From Rickettsiales bacterium (lineage in GTDB: Bacteria > Pseudomonadota > Alphaproteobacteria > Rickettsiales > JABIRX01): a DNA stretch of 64,000 bases. Made by a program: the position numbers and the translations under genes. The notes under the pieces are model-generated. The model saw nothing but the letters and a program-made list of their open reading frames with translations. It had not been told where the DNA came from and ran no database searches. Where the stretch lies: assembly GCA_016778805.1 (NCBI GenBank), contig JADHOX010000001.1, positions 6,443 to 70,442 on the forward strand. The letters are read 5' to 3'. Shown here piece by piece: positions 9,275-18,129 of this stretch (position 1 is the first letter of the stretch; each line of letters begins with the position of its first letter).

Positions 9275-9775
9275 ATGTCAATTAACGATACTGTCAAAAA
9301 ATCAGGCGTTTCAATTAATAACGAACTTGAGTCAAATCTATCACACATAACTTTAACAAAAGAATTTCATCCTTCTTCTAGCGAAGATTACATGTGTGAT
9401 AACTCATTAAAATTCTTTCAATTAAAACTCATTGATTGGAAGTCAAAATTATTAATTGAGCTTGATAATACAATGACGGATCTTAAAAATAAGCATATGC
9501 AAGAACCCGATGAGAATGATAGAGCATCAGCCGAAAGTGATACTAGTTTTGAATTGAGGACAAGAGAAAGATATATGAAATTAATAAATAAAATTGACCA
9601 AGCTTTAGCTAGAATTGAAAATAAAGAATATGGATACTGTATTGTAACTGGTGAAGAAATTGGTGTCAAACGTCTTGAAGCTAGACCTATTGCAACAATG
9701 AGCATCGAAGCTCAAGAAGATTATGAGAAAAAGAAAAAACTCATGAAAACTACTGAAGAAGAAGAAGCTTTTTAG
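9275..9775 (+). CDS. dksA: RNA polymerase-binding transcription factor DksA (Zn-finger cysteines mostly absent)
   Basis: Coiled-coil tip motif DENDRASAESD. C-terminal YGYCIVTGEEIGVKRLEARPIATMSIEAQE resembles the DksA/TraR finger but keeps only one of four Cys. Confidence 0.8.
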   Translation: MSINDTVKKSGVSINNELESNLSHITLTKEFHPSSSEDYMCDNSLKFFQLKLIDWKSKLLIELDNTMTDLKNKHMQEPDENDRASAESDTSFELRTRERYMKLINKIDQALARIENKEYGYCIVTGEEIGVKRLEARPIATMSIEAQEDYEKKKKLMKTTEEEEAF

Positions 9776-9979
9776 TTTTTATTTAAAAAATCATAATATA
9801 TTTATATCTTATCACTTTATTAATTTTTATTAAGTTAGATCTGTATACTTATATTTTCTTAATTTTATTATTCTGAATTACTGTTAAACAATTTTCTGTG
9901 ATTAATATTTAATAATTAATTTTTATATTTATTTTATTATTGTATTTATAATTTGCTCAAGATTTGTTATGATATAATA

Positions 9980-12900
9980 ATGAAATATTTATCTTTTAAG
10001 CACATTTTATTTAGTTTTACTTTGCTAATAAGTTCAAAACTTTATGCCGGTTCATGCAATGCTTATTTCTATGATTTATGCTGGGCAAGTCGTTGTGATG
10101 AGTATATTACTGTTGATCTTGAAACTCATGGATCTTATCCTTTTGATAGCTCTTGGAACGCTGAAACAAACTCTTTTGATTGCCCAACAGGTGGTTGCCA
10201 ATTGTGTGGAATTAACGCCTCAGGCGATAGAGCCGATGATTGCTACTCACCCTTTCCTATTACCAATCAAATTGAACTTGGCTCTTTTCCTTTACCTACT
10301 AAAACAACACTTTTATATAATACCTTTGGATTTACTAAATCTTGTGGCACAAAAAATTACAAACCAATGCCATTTGTAGGCGAAAAGCTAAAACAATATC
10401 TTGGAGTTTCAATACCTAAAGTTGATGGTTTTAATGAGTACACTAATCATGACTTCTATTTTGATCGCTCTTATAACCCTCCTGGCTATGGATCTGAATA
10501 TATCTTTGCAAAAGCAGCTCAAGTTGGACCTGGTGGTTATTATTTATTACAACCAAGAATTAAAATTTTTGGTAGCGATAAAGTTCTAGAATTTTATATT
10601 TCTCAATGGGGATGGCATACTGCAAGCTTCTCAAATTTAGATGGTACTTACACGAGTGATTACTTCCCTATCTACTCTTCTAGTTTTACAAATGCTGGAG
10701 AATTTTTAAATGTCCAATTTCAATGGCTTAGATGGAGAAAAATGATCATTTGCGATGATTATAATGATAGAGATGATGAAGATGGACCAAGTAACTGGTC
10801 ATATGGTGCTGATTATAATACTGGAGATAAAAGATTTTGTTATATTAAAATTCCAACTTGGAATAAACTATATGATGTAGTTCAAAATGGTTACGGTGAC
10901 TGTGATGCCAATGGTCTTAGTGGGTTAGATATTGGGAGCTTTCCTAATGAAGCTTCTGATTCATTCAGAAGTGTTGAAAATGTTTGTAAAATTAATGTTG
11001 ATGAAAAAAATGCTAGAGATATTTTAAGCAGTGGAATTATTATTCCTGCAAAAGCTGGTCAATATAATTTTTTTAATGCTACTTCTGTCTATCAAGGCGG
11101 TGAATATTCAGTTGTTACCGAACCTAATTTCAACGTTTCACTAGCTGCCGAATCTACATATTTAACACCAAAGCTTGATGTTCAAATTAACGGAGGAGAT
11201 CCTTATGCTGATAGCTCAAGTGAATCTTTTAAAAAAGATCTAGGTTACAGTACATATGATTATCAAAATGGATTTTTTAAATATGCATTAATGCTGTTGG
11301 TTGAAGATAAAGACTTTATCGGATCTAAACCAAGTTTATGTTTATACGGATGTCAAATTAATAACTCTGGTCAATGTAAAAGCAATAATAAAACATTAGA
11401 CGATATGCTTATTAACGAATCAGATCAAGATAATGTTCAAGCTAATAAAAATGACTTATTGTTAGCTGACTGCGTTATTAACAATTCACTCGATATTATA
11501 AATAATTATCAAGATTATAATCTTGCTATAACTGGCCTTGGAATTGATTCAACATATGAAGACCCAAGAATGAAATTAACCATTACAAATACTAAAAACC
11601 AAAATGAAAATCTTACTAAAATATTTTATTTAAGAAGTTATGAGGATAATACCGGTAATCAATCTATCCCATATTCATCAATTTCAAAATATAGTGATTT
11701 TGACGAAGAGGCACCAAGTTATCAAAAACTTGTAAATGATCATTATGATTATAAATCTTTTGACCTTCGCAATGAGTATTATATTATTTCTGAATTTCCA
11801 GAAGAAAGCATTTTTACTTATTTACAAAATAACAATGGCTTTGATATTGTAATGCCGTTTCTTTTTAATAATGCTGTTACATACGATCCATCATATTATA
11901 TTGATGATGGCAATTCTAACATTTTAGCAAAGCCATGCACTGAATTTCTCAAAGATCCTTCTAGTTGTAGTTTTAACCAATCTACCCATGATACATATTG
12001 TAGTAATGCCAATAGTGATATGTGCTTTGAGCAAATAAATTATTATGATTTTATTTGCCTATATAATCTATTTAACAAATATTATATTTTTAATGGTCAA
12101 AATAGTGGAGAGTTTTCAGAAGAAGTAATTGATAGTATGTATACCACTGATGATAATTTGATTACAAATGATTATATCACATATTTAAACTCTTCTGAAT
12201 ATAATAACTTAGACCCTACCTTTCCTTCCAATTCACAAAACTTATGTTTACCATATTATTATTTTATAGATACTTCGAAAGAAAATTTTAATTATGAGCT
12301 TAATAGCACAGGTATTAATGATGCAAATATAAATATTAAAATTTCAAGAACAGATGATACAGAAAGAGTCTTTAACGCAATTGATGTTCCTGATCCTGAT
12401 TATGTAAGTGGTAATTTTAATTATAATAACTTTGATATTAATTCATTTTCACAAACTGACAAAAACTTCTATTGTAATGCAACTACCAATTCACAAAGTT
12501 ATGATATTAGATATGATTATTATAATAAATTTCTTTTCAAAGTTTATAACCAAGCTGGATTTATATATGTATGTTACAAGCAATATGATTCACCAGATAG
12601 CACAAGTCTTCCTACTAACTGGGAAATGATGATGGCTTACACAATGGATTATTACACAGGTAACAAAATTTATGAAAGTTTTATTAATCTAAATATCTGT
12701 CCTGATTATAGTGGATCAGATATTGCAGATTTCCTTAGCTGCCCTGTTCAAGCAGCTGCACATTATAATAAAAATGGTGAGGAAATTTGGTGTACATGTT
12801 CATCAAGAACTGAATGGAATGATTATTCTACTGCAGAACAAAATTCAGATTGGTCTAAACTTTCAAAGAATACTGTGCAAGTAAAAGCCAAATGTATGAT

Positions 12901-13861
12901 GGATGGAAGTTGGGAAATGACAAATAATAGTGCATATTGCCCAGTATATTGTAATCCAGAAATAGATGATATTGGTGCAGAAATGCCAAGGACATTAGCT
13001 GTTGAAGGAACTAAATCATCAGCAATTAGTATAGAATGTTTAGGAAATCAGAATTTACATGGTGGAAGTGATAACACCAGAACATATAAATGTTCTGGAG
13101 AAGATGGAGAAGAGGGATCATGGGTTGATGCATCTGGAACAGCAGAATGTAAATCAAGTTGTCCAACAAAATATTTTGATAATAATAATAAAGAAGTTGA
13201 ATCAAACACAAATTACCATTTTAAGTTAAATGCCACAGGTCTTCAAACATCTTCCCAAAATGAAGATGTTGATTGTGAGTATGGGTATAGCGGTGTCGCA
13301 AGTGCAACATGTGATTATACAGAAAATAAATGGATTAATATTACTAATAGTTGTAGTGCTTCAGAGCTTACATGCCCAGGAAATACTTGGGTCAGAAGTC
13401 CAACTAATTTTAATTGGCATAAGCTAGCCTGGATGAATGCTAGTTCTGGAAGCCCCAATTGTCAGGAACCTCATTATGCAGGTTATTATTACTATCAACA
13501 AATATTAGATGTATATATGGATGCTACAAAAACACATGGTTCTGTTGTAGAAAAGGACTGCAATAACCATTGGCATGTTGGCTTAGATGGTAGTTCAGGT
13601 TATAAACCTCAAATTACTGGAACAATATCTACCAAATGTGAGTTTAGTGGTTCTGGAAATTCTGCACAAGCTAACTGGGTTGTTGAATCATTTGGATGTA
13701 AAGCAAATTGTTATAATATAAAAGACGGATCTTATTATAGCCCAGGTTCTTTAAGTACTCAGATTGTATCAAAGAAAGGTAAAAAAAGATGGAGACATTG
13801 TGAAGGAACATGTGATTCAAATGGATCTGGAAAATGGACTAACCTTAGGAAATGGAATTAA
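9980..13861 (+). CDS. giant secreted cysteine-rich protein of unknown function (1,293 aa)
   Basis: Uninterrupted 3.9-kb ORF. ATG at 9980 gives a Sec-type signal peptide (MKYLSFKHILFSFTLLISSKLYA/GS). By my manual count there are 46 Cys after the signal. N/D/Y-rich with no TM segment. The C-terminal third forms repeated C..C..C..W..C modules. I recognise no bacterial family. Confidence 0.85.
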   Translation: MKYLSFKHILFSFTLLISSKLYAGSCNAYFYDLCWASRCDEYITVDLETHGSYPFDSSWNAETNSFDCPTGGCQLCGINASGDRADDCYSPFPITNQIELGSFPLPTKTTLLYNTFGFTKSCGTKNYKPMPFVGEKLKQYLGVSIPKVDGFNEYTNHDFYFDRSYNPPGYGSEYIFAKAAQVGPGGYYLLQPRIKIFGSDKVLEFYISQWGWHTASFSNLDGTYTSDYFPIYSSSFTNAGEFLNVQFQWLRWRKMIICDDYNDRDDEDGPSNWSYGADYNTGDKRFCYIKIPTWNKLYDVVQNGYGDCDANGLSGLDIGSFPNEASDSFRSVENVCKINVDEKNARDILSSGIIIPAKAGQYNFFNATSVYQGGEYSVVTEPNFNVSLAAESTYLTPKLDVQINGGDPYADSSSESFKKDLGYSTYDYQNGFFKYALMLLVEDKDFIGSKPSLCLYGCQINNSGQCKSNNKTLDDMLINESDQDNVQANKNDLLLADCVINNSLDIINNYQDYNLAITGLGIDSTYEDPRMKLTITNTKNQNENLTKIFYLRSYEDNTGNQSIPYSSISKYSDFDEEAPSYQKLVNDHYDYKSFDLRNEYYIISEFPEESIFTYLQNNNGFDIVMPFLFNNAVTYDPSYYIDDGNSNILAKPCTEFLKDPSSCSFNQSTHDTYCSNANSDMCFEQINYYDFICLYNLFNKYYIFNGQNSGEFSEEVIDSMYTTDDNLITNDYITYLNSSEYNNLDPTFPSNSQNLCLPYYYFIDTSKENFNYELNSTGINDANINIKISRTDDTERVFNAIDVPDPDYVSGNFNYNNFDINSFSQTDKNFYCNATTNSQSYDIRYDYYNKFLFKVYNQAGFIYVCYKQYDSPDSTSLPTNWEMMMAYTMDYYTGNKIYESFINLNICPDYSGSDIADFLSCPVQAAAHYNKNGEEIWCTCSSRTEWNDYSTAEQNSDWSKLSKNTVQVKAKCMMDGSWEMTNNSAYCPVYCNPEIDDIGAEMPRTLAVEGTKSSAISIECLGNQNLHGGSDNTRTYKCSGEDGEEGSWVDASGTAECKSSCPTKYFDNNNKEVESNTNYHFKLNATGLQTSSQNEDVDCEYGYSGVASATCDYTENKWINITNSCSASELTCPGNTWVRSPTNFNWHKLAWMNASSGSPNCQEPHYAGYYYYQQILDVYMDATKTHGSVVEKDCNNHWHVGLDGSSGYKPQITGTISTKCEFSGSGNSAQANWVVESFGCKANCYNIKDGSYYSPGSLSTQIVSKKGKKRWRHCEGTCDSNGSGKWTNLRKWN

Positions 13862-13895
13862 ATATATGTTATTGCATTTAATAACTTAAAGTTCT

Positions 13896-15149
13896 TTGAC
13901 TATAAATTTAAATAAGAGCGATTCGTACTTATATATTTCAGATTTTCTAATTGGAAAAATTAATTTTGAGCTTTTAGAAATTTCTAAATCTTTATTAATT
14001 GATTCTGGTTTTTATCATCTATTTGTTATTTCAGGATTTCATATTGGATTATTATTTGTAATAATCTTTAAACTCCTAAAATTTCTAAATTTAATTCTTT
14101 TACCAAACCTAAATCTCAGATTTCTAATAACAATATTCACATTATTTATTTGTACCTTTTATGTTTATTTATGTGACTTTCCAATTTCAGCATTAAGAGC
14201 AATAATAATTATAGTAATTTATTATATATTTTACTGCTTAAAACTTAAAACTAACAATTTTAATTGTTTGATAATTATTCTTATTTTTCTAATTGTCTTT
14301 GATAATGAAATAATTAAAAACCCCGGATTTTGGTTTTCTTTTTCAAATAGCTTAGCGCTAATTTATTGTTTATCTCGACAAAAAAATATAATTAATAATT
14401 CCCCAATTAATAACCTAATAAAAACCTCACTAGTTTGTTTTTTTGCTTCAACTCCAATATCCTTTTATTTCTTTAATAAAATTCAATTTGCAGGAATAAT
14501 TTCAAATTTGATTGCAGTTCCATTTTTTACGCTAATATTATTTCCGATATCAATTCTGGCTTTTATAACAAAAACAAACTTTATCACTGAAATTGCTATA
14601 TTTACTCATAAAACACTTATAATTTTCGCAGAATTTATAAGTAATATTATATTTTTAAACGTTGAATTATATCATTTTGATCTAATTGAATTTTTTATTT
14701 TACTAGTTACTTGTTTTTTAATCTTAATCACTAAATTAAAATATTTCTATCTTGGGATTTTAATAATCATTACTATGGTTTTTGATTTTAACAAAAATAC
14801 GAATATTTACCTTAAACTTTCAGGAATACCAAGAATTATTAAAATACATAATTATGATAAAATTTTAACTGTAATAAATGGAAGTAAGTTTAACAAAAAT
14901 ATAGGTTGTTCAGAAAAGTCATGTGAATTATCAATAAATAAAACAAAAGTATTTATAATAAAAAATTCTCTGCAATTTAATGATTTTCAATCAAAATGTC
15001 AAAATTATGATCTTATTATTAATCTAGCTAGCAACAACTTTAATTGCTATTCTAAAAATTCAATAAACGCACTAACCCTATATTTACAAAAAAAAATAAC
15101 TGTTAAATTCAACGAAAATTCATTTGAGATAATAATGCCAGAAAATTAG
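13896..15149 (+). CDS. comEC: ComEC/Rec2-like membrane protein, competence (channel) domain only
   Basis: Signature DSGFYHLFVISGFHIGLL followed by about 8 hydrophobic helices. There is no in-frame ATG near the 5' end, so TTG 13896 is the only canonical start. Lacks the N-terminal region seen in long ComEC. The C-terminal soluble part of about 130 aa has no HxHxDH metallo-beta-lactamase motif. Confidence 0.7.
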   Translation: MTINLNKSDSYLYISDFLIGKINFELLEISKSLLIDSGFYHLFVISGFHIGLLFVIIFKLLKFLNLILLPNLNLRFLITIFTLFICTFYVYLCDFPISALRAIIIIVIYYIFYCLKLKTNNFNCLIIILIFLIVFDNEIIKNPGFWFSFSNSLALIYCLSRQKNIINNSPINNLIKTSLVCFFASTPISFYFFNKIQFAGIISNLIAVPFFTLILFPISILAFITKTNFITEIAIFTHKTLIIFAEFISNIIFLNVELYHFDLIEFFILLVTCFLILITKLKYFYLGILIIITMVFDFNKNTNIYLKLSGIPRIIKIHNYDKILTVINGSKFNKNIGCSEKSCELSINKTKVFIIKNSLQFNDFQSKCQNYDLIINLASNNFNCYSKNSINALTLYLQKKITVKFNENSFEIIMPEN

Positions 15150-15152
15150 TTA

Positions 15153-16412
15153 TTAAAATCTAATTTTATTAGCAAAATATTTTTGAAGTACGGTTGGAAT
15201 ATTAATTGAACCATCTGAATTTTGATAGTTTTCAGCAATTGCAACCATTGTTCTTCCAATTGCTAACCCTGAACCATTTAAACTATGAGCAAATGAAAGT
15301 TTCTTATCCTCTAATCGATATCTTAAATTCATTCTACGAGCCTGAAAATCTAAGCAATTAGAACAACTTGAAATTTCTCTATAACAATTCTGACCAGGAA
15401 GCCAAACCTCAATATCATATGTTTTACTTGCAGTGAAACCAGTATCACCTGAACAAAGTCTTACTACTCTATAAGGAATTTCTAGTTTTTGTAATATAGA
15501 TTCTGCAATTGATAAGATTCTTAAATGTTCGTTTTTTGAATCTTTGGGTTCAGTTATTGAAACCATTTCAACTTTTGCAAATTGATGCAAGCGAATCATT
15601 CCCTTCGTATCTTTACCAGCAGCACCAGCTTCAGATCTAAAACATGGCGAGTAACTACATAATCTTATCGGTAACTCATTTAAATCAATTTTTGATTCAC
15701 GATAATAATTAACAAGTGCAACTTCAGATGTTGGAATTAACCACCTATTATCAGTTGTCTCAAAACTATCTTCAGCAAACTTTGGTAGCTGTCCTGTTCC
15801 ATATAATGACTCTGATCTAACCAATAATGGAGCATTTAATTCACTAAAACCAAATTCTTCAGTTAAGGTTTCAATCATAAAATCAGCAAGAACTCTCTCA
15901 AGCTTGGCAAAAACCCCTTTTAAATATATAAATCTTGCTCCAGAAACTTTCGCAGCTTGTTCAAAATCTACAAAACCTTGTTTTTCTAATAAAATATCAT
16001 GCTCTAATGGTTTAAAATCAAATTTTTTTATATTACCAACTTTTCTAATTTCAAAATTATCATCTTCAGTTTCGCCATTATCAACATCATCAGACAAAAT
16101 ATTAGGTAATGATGCTAATAATTCATCTAACTCTTGCTCAGCTTTATTATCTTCAAATGATTGAATTCGCTTTTTAATATTATCTGCTTTCTCAAGAATT
16201 GGTTTAATATCTAAACCTTGAGCTTTAGCAGATCCAATTTCCTTAGCTATGTTATTTTTTTGTGTAAGCAAATCCTGTAACTCAGACTTATGAGATCTTA
16301 TAGTAAAATCTAATTCTAGTATTTTTTCAGATAACTTATCATCAAAGCCTCTTCTTTGCATTGCTTTATCAAACTGCTTAGGATTTGATCTTATAAATTC
16401 TATATTATGCAT
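15153..16412 (-). CDS. serS: serine--tRNA ligase
   Basis: N-terminal coiled-coil arm. Class II core with FRSEAGAAGKDTKGMIRLHQF and GSGLAIGRTMVAIAENYQ. Confidence 0.95.
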   Translation of the reverse strand: MHNIEFIRSNPKQFDKAMQRRGFDDKLSEKILELDFTIRSHKSELQDLLTQKNNIAKEIGSAKAQGLDIKPILEKADNIKKRIQSFEDNKAEQELDELLASLPNILSDDVDNGETEDDNFEIRKVGNIKKFDFKPLEHDILLEKQGFVDFEQAAKVSGARFIYLKGVFAKLERVLADFMIETLTEEFGFSELNAPLLVRSESLYGTGQLPKFAEDSFETTDNRWLIPTSEVALVNYYRESKIDLNELPIRLCSYSPCFRSEAGAAGKDTKGMIRLHQFAKVEMVSITEPKDSKNEHLRILSIAESILQKLEIPYRVVRLCSGDTGFTASKTYDIEVWLPGQNCYREISSCSNCLDFQARRMNLRYRLEDKKLSFAHSLNGSGLAIGRTMVAIAENYQNSDGSINIPTVLQKYFANKIRF

Positions 16413-17151
16413 CGGTTTTATTTTTTGATTTACGGCAAATTATCAAACTGATTTCAAACAATAAATATGTAGGAATTGCAAGTGCAATTTGCGAAATAAC
16501 ATCTGGTGGTGTGATTATTGCAGCAAAAATTACAATTATAATTAACACATATTTGCGTTTAGATGCAAAAGCTTCATATGATATTAACTGAGATTTAATT
16601 AATAATATTATGATTAATGGAATCTGAGCAGTTAAACCAAAAACAATTATTAAACTAGAAGCAATTGACAAATATTCACTAATTCTTGCTTCAAGCAATA
16701 TTGGTAAACTATTACCCCCTATTGTTTCAAAACCAAGGAAAAAACCCCAAGCCACTGGAAAAATAACTTTATAAACAAAATATCCGCCACCATAAAATAA
16801 AAAAGGTGAGAAAAAGAAAATATATTTTAAAAATGATTTTTCATTTTTATATAAGCCTGGCGCTAAAAACAAATATGTTTGAATTAAAAAAACTGGTAAA
16901 CACAAAAACAAACTGCTTAAAAATGCTAATTTAATATATGTCATAAAAGCTTCAGCAATTCCTGTAAAAATAATTTTTCTCGGCGTTGCTTTATCTAATG
17001 CTTGATCTAATGGTATCAAGAGTAAATCATAGATAGCATCAACATAATGATAACAAAACCCAAAAATTATTATAAATAGGAATATTGATAACAAGATTCT
17101 ATTTCTTAACTCTTTAAGATGATCAAAAAAACTAATTTGCTTATTGTCCAT
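16405..17151 (-). CDS. tatC: twin-arginine translocase subunit TatC
   Basis: FFDHLKELRNRIL N-terminal motif and six TM helices. ATG at 17151 (MDNKQISFF...) preferred over the track start at 17220. Confidence 0.9.
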   Translation of the reverse strand: MDNKQISFFDHLKELRNRILLSIFLFIIIFGFCYHYVDAIYDLLLIPLDQALDKATPRKIIFTGIAEAFMTYIKLAFLSSLFLCLPVFLIQTYLFLAPGLYKNEKSFLKYIFFFSPFLFYGGGYFVYKVIFPVAWGFFLGFETIGGNSLPILLEARISEYLSIASSLIIVFGLTAQIPLIIILLIKSQLISYEAFASKRKYVLIIIVIFAAIITPPDVISQIALAIPTYLLFEISLIICRKSKNKTDA

Positions 17152-17446
17152 CTTCTTTTTTAACTGGATTTTGTTTTTGGGGCACGGAATATGCAATATA
17201 TTTATTGCCATCATCACCAATTATCTCTGTAATTTCTTCGTTTATTCTATCAATATCAATCTCATCATCTAATTTAACTATTTCTTTGAAATTGTTATAT
17301 TCTCCCTTAGCTTCATTGAACAAGCCCTTAAAATAATTTATTAGTTTTTTTACATCACGAATAAAACTTGGTAATTGATTTGGACCAACGAAAACAACTA
17401 TTGTTAAAAAGATTACGATTATTTCACTTATTGATAATCCAAACAT
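17141..17446 (-). CDS. tatA: twin-arginine translocase TatA/TatB/TatE family protein
   Basis: MFGLSISEIIVIFLTIVVFVGPNQLP (TM plus hinge FGP..LP), then an amphipathic helix and an acidic tail. Directly upstream of tatC. Confidence 0.85.
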   Translation of the reverse strand: MFGLSISEIIVIFLTIVVFVGPNQLPSFIRDVKKLINYFKGLFNEAKGEYNNFKEIVKLDDEIDIDRINEEITEIIGDDGNKYIAYSVPQKQNPVKKEDGQ

Positions 17447-18129
17447 TCTGTTAAACCTCTAAGATCAGGAGATTTTGCAATTAAAATATTTTGTGAATTT
17501 AATGATTCAAAACTCTCACCTACTCGTGAGCTTATACAGCAAAGCTTTATATTTAGCAAGAGCTCCAATTTATTATGCTGTTTTATAAGCGACATAAAAT
17601 AATCACTTGAATTCTTAGAAAAGAAACAAATTGAATTATATTTAACACTTTCCAGATTTTGTAAGATTTCAACAAATTTGTCATTATTATAATGGATTTC
17701 ATAACAAATTAATGATTTGCAATGAATATTATCAAGAAATTTATGATTATCATCTGTTAGCGAGCTAAAATTACCTCGCAGATATAAAAAATTACCTTTT
17801 AAATGGTTTAATTTTATGTGTTCAAGTAATAGAGACATAGAGTCAAAATAAGTTATTTTTCGACAATTATCTAAAATTCGAGATTTTGTTACTGACAAAA
17901 TAAACTTATTTTTAATTAATGCTAATTTTTCTTCAGAAATACAGGTTAAAGCATTTTGACTAGAAATAATAATGTAACTAGCATTATTTAAATCGGAATC
18001 AGATATTCTTTGTGGATAATATTTGACTTCAGATAACGAGACTAAATCACATTTTATATTTAAGCTTTCAAATATTTGTTGAGTTTTTAGCCCCTGTTCC
18101 CTAGCTCTAATTATCAATGTATGATGCAT
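17428..18129 (-). CDS. hemD: uroporphyrinogen-III synthase (divergent)
   Basis: 233 aa. Position immediately after and overlapping hemC. Two-lobed HemD-like pattern (LIIRAREQG..., IIISSQNAL, CISSRV). Sequence conservation is weak, so the call is mainly positional. Confidence 0.55.
   Translation of the reverse strand: MHHTLIIRAREQGLKTQQIFESLNIKCDLVSLSEVKYYPQRISDSDLNNASYIIISSQNALTCISEEKLALIKNKFILSVTKSRILDNCRKITYFDSMSLLLEHIKLNHLKGNFLYLRGNFSSLTDDNHKFLDNIHCKSLICYEIHYNNDKFVEILQNLESVKYNSICFFSKNSSDYFMSLIKQHNKLELLLNIKLCCISSRVGESFESLNSQNILIAKSPDLRGLTECLDYQ

Noticed and set aside
9275-9775. DksA retaining only one of the four zinc-finger cysteines, and icd (1795-3246) with a ~140-aa C-terminal extension.
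   Set aside because: Both are real sequence features, but as far as I know they are already-described lineage traits: Cys-poor DksA variants in alphaproteobacteria and Pseudomonas DksA2, and the long alphaproteobacterial/Rickettsia-type Icd. They are not novel.
10044-13427. Alternative-frame ORFs inside the giant gene (10044-10379, 10401-10589, 12408-12629, 13026-13211, 13230-13427).
   Set aside because: They are embedded in a 3.9-kb uninterrupted frame that has a signal peptide and structured Cys spacing. The nested frames give hydrophobic low-complexity sequence and are most likely by-products of the AT-rich composition.
13868-13885. Small A/T hairpin GTTATT-GCATTT-AATAAC just after the giant gene stop.
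   Set aside because: The stem is only 6 bp with a single G-C pair and has no U-tract, and the ComEC-like gene starts 10 nt later. It is too weak to call a terminator.
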